A stretch of DNA of 64,000 nt, taken from NCBI GenBank assembly GCA_044344255.1, contig JBIJDH010000003.1, positions 1 to 64,000 of the forward strand, in the 5' to 3' direction. Under the pieces are notes generated by a model that worked only from the letters and a program-made list of their open reading frames with translations, made no database searches and was not told where the DNA came from. Within the stretch, counting starts at the first letter, position 1. The number at the start of each line of letters is the position of its first letter. Positions 29,793 through 40,402 of this stretch are shown here, piece after piece. Made by a program: the position numbers and the translations under genes. The DNA comes from Myxococcota bacterium (GTDB taxonomy: Bacteria; Myxococcota_A; UBA796; UBA2385).

Positions 29793-30914
29793 ATGGACGA
29801 GAACCAGCCTTCCTTCGCTGAGCTCCGGGAGGAGCTCCACCTCGACTCTCTCGAAGCGGGCCCCAAGGGCGCCCGGAGCCTGCTGCAGAGCCGCTCGCCG
29901 CTCGCGGCTCCTGCGGCGCAGCTGGAGCTGCTGGCGCAGGTCCCCCTCGCCGCCGAGTTCGACCAGCGGCTGGCGGACAGCGGCTGGTCGACCTTCCGTC
30001 CGGGCGCGGTGGAGTACTTCCAGATCAACATCGGCAAGCTCTGCAACATGGCCTGTCGGCACTGCCATGTGGATGCCAGCCCGGACCGGATCGTCGAGAA
30101 TATGGGCCGAGAGCTCATCCTCGCCTCCCTCTCCGCGCTGGATCAGACGAGCGCGCACACGGTCGACATCACGGGCGGCGCGCCCGAGCTGAACCCGCAC
30201 TTCCCGGAGCTGGTCGAGGCCGCCGTCTCTCGCGGCATGCACGTCATCGACCGCAACAACCTCACGATCCTGCTGCTGCCGCGCTTCGAGCACCTGCCGG
30301 ACTGGCTGGGCGAGCGGGGCGTGGAGGTCGTGGCCTCGCTGCCGCACCCGCGGGCCCGCAACACCGACGCCCAGCGGGGAGAGGGGGCCTTCGACCGCTC
30401 CATCGCCGCCCTTCGGCGCTTGAACGCCGCGGGCTACGGAAAGGGAGACCCCCGCCGCCGGCTGACCCTGATGCACAACCCGGCCGGCGCCTTCCTCCCC
30501 GCGGCCTCGGCCGGCCTGGAGGCAGAGTACCGCCGGGCCCTCGATCGGCCGCACGGCGTGACCTTCGACCGCCTGATCGCGCTCAACAACATGCCGATCT
30601 CCCGCTTCCTCGACTGGCTGAGGGAGAGCGGCAACCTCGAGGTCTACTTGCAGCGCCTCGCCGACGGCTTCAACCCGGCGACCATCGCGGGCTTGATGTG
30701 CCGCAACACGCTGTCGGTGTCCTGGGACGGCACGCTCTACGACTGCGACTTCAACCAGATGTTGGACCTCCCCATCCTGGATCAGGAGGGTAGGCCCGCC
30801 AACGTGAAGACCGCGCGCCTCTCGGAGCTCGGCCGCCGGCGCATCGTCACGGCGCGCCACTGCTTCGGCTGCACCGCGGGCAGCGGCAGCTCCTGTGGGG
30901 GAGCCACCGCCTGA
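29793..30914 (+). CDS. arsS: ArsS-like (arsenosugar biosynthesis) radical SAM (seleno)protein family, Cys form
   Basis: QINIGKLCNMACRHCHVDA, DITGGAPELNP, LMCRNTLSVSWDG.LYDCDFNQML, HCFGCTAGSGSSCGG. Confidence 0.85.
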   Translation: MDENQPSFAELREELHLDSLEAGPKGARSLLQSRSPLAAPAAQLELLAQVPLAAEFDQRLADSGWSTFRPGAVEYFQINIGKLCNMACRHCHVDASPDRIVENMGRELILASLSALDQTSAHTVDITGGAPELNPHFPELVEAAVSRGMHVIDRNNLTILLLPRFEHLPDWLGERGVEVVASLPHPRARNTDAQRGEGAFDRSIAALRRLNAAGYGKGDPRRRLTLMHNPAGAFLPAASAGLEAEYRRALDRPHGVTFDRLIALNNMPISRFLDWLRESGNLEVYLQRLADGFNPATIAGLMCRNTLSVSWDGTLYDCDFNQMLDLPILDQEGRPANVKTARLSELGRRRIVTARHCFGCTAGSGSSCGGATA

Positions 30915-30931
30915 GGGGGGCTCGCCTTGGA

Positions 30932-31228
30932 TCAGGCGCCTTCGGTGAAGGTGCCGAACTCGCGCTTGGTGAGCCACTCGGGGAAGCCCTGGCCCATGTT
31001 GCGGCCGGCCCAGTGCTTCGAGATGCGCGCGACGAAGAGGCGGTCTTCGTTGGTGAGGCTGCTCGAGAGCTTGTCGCGGATGGTGCGGGCGTTCTCCGTC
31101 TTGGTCTCCAGGAGCCAAGCGCCATTCAAGCGGTTCGACCAGTTGCCCATCAGCTTGAGGACGGTCTCGGCGCGCTCCTTGACGAGCGGGTCGGTGGAGC
31201 GGATGTCGAGGATGACCAGGAATACCAT
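30932..31228 (-). CDS. Small Cas2/VapD-like ferredoxin-fold protein (putative nuclease)
   Basis: FLVILDI (hydrophobic strand plus Asp8), helix, GNW..RLNGAWLL, IRDKL...DRLFVARI; GGAG RBS. Confidence 0.6.
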   Translation of the reverse strand: MVFLVILDIRSTDPLVKERAETVLKLMGNWSNRLNGAWLLETKTENARTIRDKLSSSLTNEDRLFVARISKHWAGRNMGQGFPEWLTKREFGTFTEGA

Positions 31229-31330
31229 TGGATAGACTCCATGTAGGGAGCGAACTGTGAGGGTTGGATGTGGGTTGGTTGGTGGAGGCGGTAGAAAATG
31301 CAGAGAGCCGCGGGTGAGCGGCTTCGAGTG

Positions 31331-31385
31331 GAGCCGGGCCGAGCGGAGCCGGGCCGATCGGAGCCGGGCCGAGCGGAGCCGAGCC
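31331..31385. repeat. 15-bp tandem repeat, about 3.5 copies (GAGCCGGGCCGAGCG)
   Basis: Copies at 31331, 31346, 31361 and a partial copy at 31376; intergenic, right after the bioA stop. Confidence 0.9.
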
Positions 31386-32725
31386 TAGCGCGATGGCGCC
31401 GAAAGCTCCTGGTTAAGCACCGCTCCTACGGAGTCTACCATCCGGCGGATATCTTTCGGGCTCATCGAGAGGGGGGGCATGAACACGATGAGGTCGCCGA
31501 GCGGCCGAACGATGACCCCGCGCTCCCGGGCGGCCATGCACACCCTGTGGCCCACCCGAGCCTCCGGCGGGTGGTCATGGCGCAGGAGGGCGCCGGCCAT
31601 CAGCCCGTGCTGGCGGAGCTCGGCGACGTGCCGGGTGGGCAGGGCTCTGAGCGCGTCCGAGAGGGCCTGGATCTTCGGTGGCAGGCCCTCGATCACGGCC
31701 TCCTGCTCGAAGACCTCGAGCGAGGCGAGGGCCGCGGCGCAGGCCAACGGGTTGCCGGTGTAGGTGTGGCCGTGAAAGAAGGTGCGGTGCTCGACATAGG
31801 GCCCGCGGAAGGCCTCAAAGACGGCCTCGGTGGCGAGCGTCGCGGCCAGGGGCAGGTAGCCGCCGGAGAGGCCCTTCGCGAGGCAGAGCAGGTCGGGCCG
31901 GCTCGTGGTCTGCTCCAGCGCGAACAGGGTGCCCGTGCGGCCGAAGCCGGTGGCCACCTCGTCTACGATCACGAGCAGTCCGGCTTCCCGGGCGAGGCTG
32001 AGCAGGGCGTCGAGGAAGGCCGGGGAGTGCCTGCGCATCCCGGCCGCGCCCTGAACGAGGGGCTCGACGACGATGGCCGCGAGCGTGTCACCGTGCTCCC
32101 GGAGCAGCTCGTCGGCGTGCGCGAGGCAGCGGGCCTCGTCGTCGGGATCGGGGCGGTCCGGGGCCGGGAGGCGGAGGGCGTCGAAGAGCAACGGCCGGTA
32201 GACGCCGTGGAAGAGCTCGATGCCGCCGACGGAGACCCCCCCCAGGGTGTCGCCGTGGTAGGCCTCGGCCAGAGCGGCGAAGCGGGTGCGCTGGCGCTGC
32301 CCGCGCTGCTGCTGGCATTGGAAGGCGATCTTGAGCGCCACTTCGACCGCGGTTGAGCCCGAGTCCGAATAGAAGACCCGGCTCAGCGGCTCGCCCGCGC
32401 CGGGGAGGCGGGCGGTGAGCTCGATGAGGCGCCGGGCCAGCCGGGCCGATGGAACGCTGGCGAGTCCGAGCAGGGTGCTGTGGGCGACCCGATCGAGCTG
32501 GGCGCGCACCGCGGCGTCGATGTGAGGGTGGCGGTGCCCGTGCACGTTGGTCCACAGGCTCGCCACCCCGTCGAGGTAGCGGCGCCCCTGGACGTCGATG
32601 AGCTCCACCCCCTCGGCTCGCTCGATCATCAGCGGATCGCCGGCGGCCTCCCACTCGTCTTGTTGAGTGAAGGGGTGCCAGAGGTGCTGCAGGTCCCAGC
32701 GGGCGAGGGCTTCGGGGGTGGGCAT
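31385..32725 (-). CDS. bioA: Adenosylmethionine-8-amino-7-oxononanoate transaminase
   Basis: LWHPFTQ, YLDGVASLW, SDSGSTAVEVALK, YHGDT, DEVATGFGRTG, AKGLSGGYLP, FFHGHTYTGNP. Confidence 0.95.
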   Translation of the reverse strand: MPTPEALARWDLQHLWHPFTQQDEWEAAGDPLMIERAEGVELIDVQGRRYLDGVASLWTNVHGHRHPHIDAAVRAQLDRVAHSTLLGLASVPSARLARRLIELTARLPGAGEPLSRVFYSDSGSTAVEVALKIAFQCQQQRGQRQRTRFAALAEAYHGDTLGGVSVGGIELFHGVYRPLLFDALRLPAPDRPDPDDEARCLAHADELLREHGDTLAAIVVEPLVQGAAGMRRHSPAFLDALLSLAREAGLLVIVDEVATGFGRTGTLFALEQTTSRPDLLCLAKGLSGGYLPLAATLATEAVFEAFRGPYVEHRTFFHGHTYTGNPLACAAALASLEVFEQEAVIEGLPPKIQALSDALRALPTRHVAELRQHGLMAGALLRHDHPPEARVGHRVCMAARERGVIVRPLGDLIVFMPPLSMSPKDIRRMVDSVGAVLNQELSAPSR

Positions 32726-32756
32726 CGGGGACCGTTATTCGGTCGCCGACCCGAGG

Positions 32757-35036
<2,280 letters not shown>

Positions 35037-35060
35037 GGGCGTCTCCGAGGGCGTTCGTGA

Positions 35061-35108
35061 TCTGGCACCGACGTGGTCTGGCACCGACGGGGTCTGGCAC
35101 CGACGTGA
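35061..35108. repeat. 16-bp tandem repeat x3 (TCTGGCACCGACG[TG]G[GA]) in an intergenic region
   Basis: Copies at 35061, 35077 and 35093. Confidence 0.9.
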
Positions 35109-35139
35109 TCTCGCATCGTGGGATGTCGAACTCGCGCGG

Positions 35140-36723
35140 TCAGCGACCGACGGCGAGCTTCAGCGCGCCATTCGTTCGGTCATAGTAACTCACGTACACG
35201 AGGTCGTTGCTGTCGATGGCGATGTCGGGGGACAGGCCGACGTCGCCGGTGGAGTCTACGGTGATGAGCGCCCATGCGCTCCCGTCGTAGTGGGCGACCT
35301 TCAGGTTCTTGTTCGTATCGTCATAATATGCGATCCAGGGCAGGTCGGCGGAGTCGAAGGCGAGGCGGGCGTAGCTCCCCACGCTGCCGGTGCTGTCGAT
35401 CGTGCTGAGGCTCCAGCTCAGACCCCCGTCTGTGGAACACCCGTATTGAAGGTCAGCCGTGTCGGTGCGGAAGAGGGCCACGCAAGGAGTGTCATCACTC
35501 TGAAGGGCGAGGCTCGTGTATTTCCCCTTCGTGCCCACCGTGTTCGAGAAGCTGAGGTCTCCCGGGTAGGCGTATTGTGCCTCGTCGGCGAAGGCGCCGC
35601 CGTCGTAGTAGGCGATGTGGTCATAGCCGGCGCTGTCAATGGCGAGGCTGGTGTAGGTGCCGGTGGCGCCCGCGTAGTTGATGTCGACTTGGGTGTAGAG
35701 CGCGTCGATCCCGAAGAAGGCCCACGGTGAGGTGAGGGTGTCGGCCAGCATCGGGATCCCATAGTCGGCGTCATACCAGGCGAAGCTCGGGAGGTTGGAG
35801 CTGTCTACCGCGATGGAGACGTATTGGCCGACGTCGAGAGAGGCCGAGCTGGCGAAGTCTTCGACGGGCAGGGCGCTCGTCCAGGTGCCGGTGGCCTCCC
35901 GATAGGCATAGTCGAGCTCGCGTACCCCCGAGCTGTCCTCGCGGGTGTAGGCGATCTGGAAGCGGTCGGCCGCGTCGACCACGGCGTCCATCCACTCGCC
36001 GAGGATGGCCCCGGACTCGGCGAGGGCGTCGATCGGGGAAGACCAGGCGCCACCCGTGGACCGGATGGCGAAGCGGACGAGGCCATGGTCGAGATCGAAC
36101 CAGGCGAGCTGCACGCGGTCCCCGGAGTCCGTGTCGATGGCGGAGGGGCTGCCCGCGTCGACGGAGGCGTCTACGGTCTCGGTCTCGAAGCGCTCGTCGG
36201 TGAGGCCGTCACAGTCGTTGTCTTTGCCGTCCGCGGTGTCCTCGTCGGCGTCGGGGTGGACGAGGGGGTCCTTGTCATTGCAGTCGTCGGCGAGGAGGTA
36301 GCCGTCTCCGTCCACGTCATCGTCCGGGGTGGTGGGATCGCAGTCGTTGTCGATCCCATCGTAGGCGACCTCGATCGCCTCGGTGCTCACGCTGTCGTCG
36401 GTGTCGTCGCAGTCGCCGTCCTCCTCGGTCTGCCCGTCTCCGTCGTCGTCCACGGTGTCGGGGTCCGGATCGGCGTCGGTGTCCGCGTCGCTGTCGGCGT
36501 CTGAATCGGCGTCGCTGTCGGCGTCTGAATCGGCGTCGGCATCCCCGTCGGTGTCGGTGTCGCTGTCCGCGTCGGTGTCCGCGTCGCCGTCGGCGCCGCC
36601 GCTCCCGTCACCTTGCCCGGTCGGGTCCTTCCCCTTGCCGAAGAAGCCGCCCGAGCAGGCGCTGAGCAGGAAGAGGCTGAGCAGGAAGGGATGGAGGGGG
36701 AGGAAGGAGGGGGCGAGGCGCAT
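35140..36723 (-). CDS. Surface lipoprotein: Asp-rich (DADS) linker, two MopE-type repeats, C-terminal beta-propeller
   Basis: Lipobox LSAC; DADSDADS run; DGIDNDCD and DGKDNDCDG; repeated G.Y.SLA.DS...P.IA[WY][YF]D blades. Confidence 0.85.
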   Translation of the reverse strand: MRLAPSFLPLHPFLLSLFLLSACSGGFFGKGKDPTGQGDGSGGADGDADTDADSDTDTDGDADADSDADSDADSDADSDADTDADPDPDTVDDDGDGQTEEDGDCDDTDDSVSTEAIEVAYDGIDNDCDPTTPDDDVDGDGYLLADDCNDKDPLVHPDADEDTADGKDNDCDGLTDERFETETVDASVDAGSPSAIDTDSGDRVQLAWFDLDHGLVRFAIRSTGGAWSSPIDALAESGAILGEWMDAVVDAADRFQIAYTREDSSGVRELDYAYREATGTWTSALPVEDFASSASLDVGQYVSIAVDSSNLPSFAWYDADYGIPMLADTLTSPWAFFGIDALYTQVDINYAGATGTYTSLAIDSAGYDHIAYYDGGAFADEAQYAYPGDLSFSNTVGTKGKYTSLALQSDDTPCVALFRTDTADLQYGCSTDGGLSWSLSTIDSTGSVGSYARLAFDSADLPWIAYYDDTNKNLKVAHYDGSAWALITVDSTGDVGLSPDIAIDSNDLVYVSYYDRTNGALKLAVGR

Positions 36724-36845
36724 CGACGGCTCCGGAGAGAGAGGGCACCTTTTCCCCGTGCTCCGCCGCTGTCAACGGAAGAGCACGGAACGTCGCCCGG
36801 TTGTCGCCGAGCGCCTCCCGGGCTGCGCTCCCCCCGCCCGGGCCC

Positions 36846-38207
36846 TCAGCGCGCGCCGGCCGCCGCGAGGGCGCGATCGAAGGCGGCGAGGCCGTGATCG
36901 AGGTCGACCTCGGCGATGAGCATCGGCGGCGCGATGCGGAAGACGTTGCCGAAGCGGCCGCCCTTGCCGAGCAGCAGGCTCTCGTTTCGGGCGGCCTCGA
37001 AGATGCGGTTCGTGAGGGCGGGATCGGGGGTGCGGTCCTGGGCGAGCTCGTCGACCACGACCTCGATGCCCCACATCAGGCCCATTCCGCGCACGTCTCC
37101 GAGGTTGTGGGGGTACTTCTCCTGCAGGGCCCGCAGGGCGTCGCCGAGCCGCTCTCCGAGGCGGGCAGCCCGCCCGGGGATGTCCTCGGCGGCCATCTTG
37201 TCGATGGTGGCCTGCGCGGCGGCCATGCTCACGGGGTTGCCGCCAAAGGTCGAGATGGTGAGCCGGGGGAGGCTGCGGGCGATCTCGGGCGTGGTCATGC
37301 AGTTGGCGGCTGGCATCCCGTTGGCCATGCCCTTGGCCATCGTGATGATGTCCGGCGTGACGCCCCAGTGCTCGATGCCCCACCACTTGTCGCCGGTGCG
37401 ACCAAAGCCCGTCTGGACCTCGTCGGCGATGAAGAGCCCGCCGTACTTGCGGACGATCTCCACCGCGACCTGGAAGTACTCCTTCGGCGGCACCACGAAG
37501 CCGCCGACGCCCTGGATGGGCTCGGCGAGGAAGCCGGCGATCTGGCCGGTGGTGGTGTACTGGATGAGGCGCTCGATGTCCTTCGCGCAGGCCAGCCCGC
37601 AGCCGGGGTAGGTCTGGTTGAAGGGGCAGCGGTAGCAGTTGGGCTCGGCGGCGTGCTTGATGCCGGCGATCTGCGTGGGGAGCACCCGCCAATTGCTGTG
37701 GGCGGTGAGCGACTGGGCGAGCATCGAGCGGCCGGAGTATCCGTTCCGCAGCGCGATGAGCTCGCTCCGCCCGGTGTGGCTCATGGCGAGCATCACGGCC
37801 ATCTCGTCGGCCTCGGTGCCGCTCGCGACGAAGAAGCTCTGGCTGATGTCGCCGGGCGCGATGCCGGCCATGGTCTCGGCCAGCTTCACCACGGGGAGGT
37901 TCGGGTAGAGCGTGCTCAGGTGGGTGAGGCGGTCGAGCTGGACGCGGATGGCGCCGTTGACGTCCGGATCGGCGTGCTGGAGGGAGACGGTGAGGATGCC
38001 GCCGAAGAAGTCGAGGTACTCCCGCCCGTCGGTGTCGTACACCCTCACCCCCGCGGCGCGGTCGACCACGATCGGCTCGCTGTAGTAGCTGAGCGTCGAG
38101 GGCATGAGGTAGCGGCTGTGCTTCTCCCGGATCTGCTCGGACAGCGTGGGGGAAGGCGCGGCGGGTGATGTCGAAGAGGGCGGGAGATCGTGAGGGGCGT
38201 CGTTCAT
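36846..38207 (-). CDS. Class III PLP aminotransferase (AGXT2/omega-amino acid transaminase-like)
   Basis: EYLDFFGGI, SGTEADE, AEPIQGVGG, IADEVQTGFGRTG, TMAKGMANG, STFGGNP. Confidence 0.9.
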   Translation of the reverse strand: MNDAPHDLPPSSTSPAAPSPTLSEQIREKHSRYLMPSTLSYYSEPIVVDRAAGVRVYDTDGREYLDFFGGILTVSLQHADPDVNGAIRVQLDRLTHLSTLYPNLPVVKLAETMAGIAPGDISQSFFVASGTEADEMAVMLAMSHTGRSELIALRNGYSGRSMLAQSLTAHSNWRVLPTQIAGIKHAAEPNCYRCPFNQTYPGCGLACAKDIERLIQYTTTGQIAGFLAEPIQGVGGFVVPPKEYFQVAVEIVRKYGGLFIADEVQTGFGRTGDKWWGIEHWGVTPDIITMAKGMANGMPAANCMTTPEIARSLPRLTISTFGGNPVSMAAAQATIDKMAAEDIPGRAARLGERLGDALRALQEKYPHNLGDVRGMGLMWGIEVVVDELAQDRTPDPALTNRIFEAARNESLLLGKGGRFGNVFRIAPPMLIAEVDLDHGLAAFDRALAAAGAR

Positions 38208-38409
38208 GTTCGGCTCCGAGGCGCGGGCAGTTCGATCGAGGAGGGCGGAGGCTGTGGGCCTCGGCGTCAGGCATGATGCCACGGTAGCGGGGGTGGTACG
38301 AGGTGGCCGCGCGGCCTCCGTCGCTCCGACTTGCGGGTGCGGATCTCTACGCTTAGTGCGGCCTGGTCTCTCCTCCCGCGTCTCCCTCGACGCCGATCTG
38401 GGGTCCTCC

Positions 38410-39885
38410 ATGTCTGAACAGATCCATGCGGTCAACCTCATCGGCGGGCGGTTGGAGTCCGGCGCGCGCACCGCCCCGAACACCTGCCCCGCGCGGGTCT
38501 CCGAGGTGGTGGGCTCGGCGCCCCTCTCTGGTATCGAGGAGGCGGTCGCGGCGGTCGCGGCCGCCAAGGCCGCCTTCCCCGGCTGGGCAGCCACCCCGGC
38601 GCCGGCCCGCGGGGAGCGCCTGTTCCGCCTCGTGCGCCTGATGGAGCAGAACGCGGAGCGGCTCGCCCGCACCCTCGCCTGGGAGGAGGGGAAGATCCTG
38701 AGCGAAGCGATGGGCGAGGTGGCCAAGGCCATCCGCTACGTGGAGTTCGCCGCCGGGGATTGTCGTCGCATGGCGGGCATCACGGTTCAGAGCGAGGTGC
38801 CGGGCACCTTCGCGATGACGATCTGGCGCCCCCTCGGCGTGGTGGGGCTCATCACCCCCTGGAACTTCCCGGTGGCCATCCCGCTTTGGAAGCTCGCCCC
38901 TGCAGTCGCGGCCGGCAACACCGTGGTGCTCAAGCCTGCGCCCGAGACCCCGGCCACCGCGCACCTCATCGGCGAGCTCATCACCGAGGCCGGCTTTCCC
39001 CCCGGGGTGGTCAACATCGTCTACGGCGACGCCGAGCCCGCCAAGGCGATCATCGAGCACCCGGACGTGGTGGCGGTCAGCTTCACCGGCAGCACCGAGG
39101 TCGGCCTCGCCATCGAGGCGCGCTGCGGGGCGCTCCACAAGCGGGTCCAGTGCGAGATGGGGGGGAAGAACCCCATCCTCGTCTTCGCGGACGCCGATCT
39201 CGCGGCCGCGGCCGCCGCCGCCGCCAAGGGGGCCTTCGGCAGCACCGGACAGCGCTGCACCGCCACGAGCCGGGCCATCGTGATGGCCGACGTGGCCGAC
39301 GACTTCGTGGCGCTCCTCGCCGCGGAGGCCGACCGGGTGCGGGCCGGCCACCCCTTTGACCCCGAGAGCACGATGGGCCCCTCGGTGAGCGAACGGCAGC
39401 TCAGCACGGTGTCTCGGTACCAGCGCCTCGGCGCCGAGGAGGGCCGCCTCGTCTGCGGCGGCGGGCGCTCGCTCGCCGGGGGCCTCGATCAGGGTTGGTT
39501 CCCCGAGCCCACCGTCTTCGATCACGTCGCCCCGGACGCCCGCATCGCCACCGAGGAGATCTTCGGCCCCGTGCTGTCGGTGATCCGTGTCCGCACGGTC
39601 GACGAGGCCATCCGGGTGGCGAACTCCGTGCAGTATGGCCTCACCGGCTCCGTCTTCACCCGCGACCTCGGCTTCGCCTTCCAGGTCATCGAGCGGCTCG
39701 AGACGGGCATCCTCCATGTGAACAATCCCACGATCGGGGGGGAGGCGCACATGCCCTTCGGTGGGGTGAAGAACACCGCCACCGGCCCGAAGGAGATGGG
39801 CGCCGAGGCCTGGCGCTTCTACTCTGAGGACAAGGCCGTCTACATCAATCATGGCGGCGCGGTGCGCAAGAGCAACCTGTATTGA
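38410..39885 (+). CDS. Aldehyde dehydrogenase
   Basis: ITPWNFP, FTGST, EMGGKNP, GQRCTA, EEIFGPV, PFGG. Confidence 0.92.
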   Translation: MSEQIHAVNLIGGRLESGARTAPNTCPARVSEVVGSAPLSGIEEAVAAVAAAKAAFPGWAATPAPARGERLFRLVRLMEQNAERLARTLAWEEGKILSEAMGEVAKAIRYVEFAAGDCRRMAGITVQSEVPGTFAMTIWRPLGVVGLITPWNFPVAIPLWKLAPAVAAGNTVVLKPAPETPATAHLIGELITEAGFPPGVVNIVYGDAEPAKAIIEHPDVVAVSFTGSTEVGLAIEARCGALHKRVQCEMGGKNPILVFADADLAAAAAAAAKGAFGSTGQRCTATSRAIVMADVADDFVALLAAEADRVRAGHPFDPESTMGPSVSERQLSTVSRYQRLGAEEGRLVCGGGRSLAGGLDQGWFPEPTVFDHVAPDARIATEEIFGPVLSVIRVRTVDEAIRVANSVQYGLTGSVFTRDLGFAFQVIERLETGILHVNNPTIGGEAHMPFGGVKNTATGPKEMGAEAWRFYSEDKAVYINHGGAVRKSNLY

Positions 39886-39945
39886 CGGTGCCGGACTCGG
39901 CGAGAGGCGTCCCTGACATGAGCGTGTCCTTATGAGCGCGACCTG

Positions 39946-40389
39946 ATGCGGGCGGTCATCCAGCGGGTCCGTCGAGCGAGCGTCACGGTGGAGGGCCACG
40001 TGAGCGGCGCCATCGAAGGCGGGCTGCTCGTCCTCGTCGCGGTCGCGCCCGAGGATGACCTCGGCTCCGTGGAGTGGCTGAGCGAGAAGCTGGTCCACCT
40101 TCGGATCTTCGCGGATGAAGAGGGGAAGATGAACCGCTCCGTCATCGACCTCGGGCTCGGCGTCCTCGTGGTCTCACAGTTCACGCTGTACGGAGACTGT
40201 CGGAGGGGGCGTCGGCCCGCCTTCACGGGCGCAGCCCCGCCCGAGGTGGCCCGGCCGCTGGTGGATCGGCTGAGCGAGGCGCTCTCCGAGAAGGGGGTAG
40301 TCTCGGTGGGCCGGGGGATCTTCGGCGCACACATGGAGGTCTCCCTCGTCAATGACGGACCTGTGACGCTGATCTTGGACAGTCCATGA
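39946..40389 (+). CDS. dtd: D-aminoacyl-tRNA deacylase
   Basis: [45 protein letters not shown]. Confidence 0.96.
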   Translation: MRAVIQRVRRASVTVEGHVSGAIEGGLLVLVAVAPEDDLGSVEWLSEKLVHLRIFADEEGKMNRSVIDLGLGVLVVSQFTLYGDCRRGRRPAFTGAAPPEVARPLVDRLSEALSEKGVVSVGRGIFGAHMEVSLVNDGPVTLILDSP

Positions 40390-40402
40390 TCTTGGACAAG
40401 TC

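Noticed and set aside
30890..30914. Selenocysteine recoding in the ArsS-like gene
   Set aside because: The relevant codon is TGT (Cys); the TGA follows the complete GSSCGG motif
31331..31385. Repeats near the Cas2-like gene as a possible CRISPR array
   Set aside because: 15-bp head-to-tail copies with no spacers; a simple tandem repeat
35061..35115. TGGCAC in the repeats as sigma54 promoters
   Set aside because: No correctly spaced TTGC -12 element, and they face away from the flanking minus-strand genes
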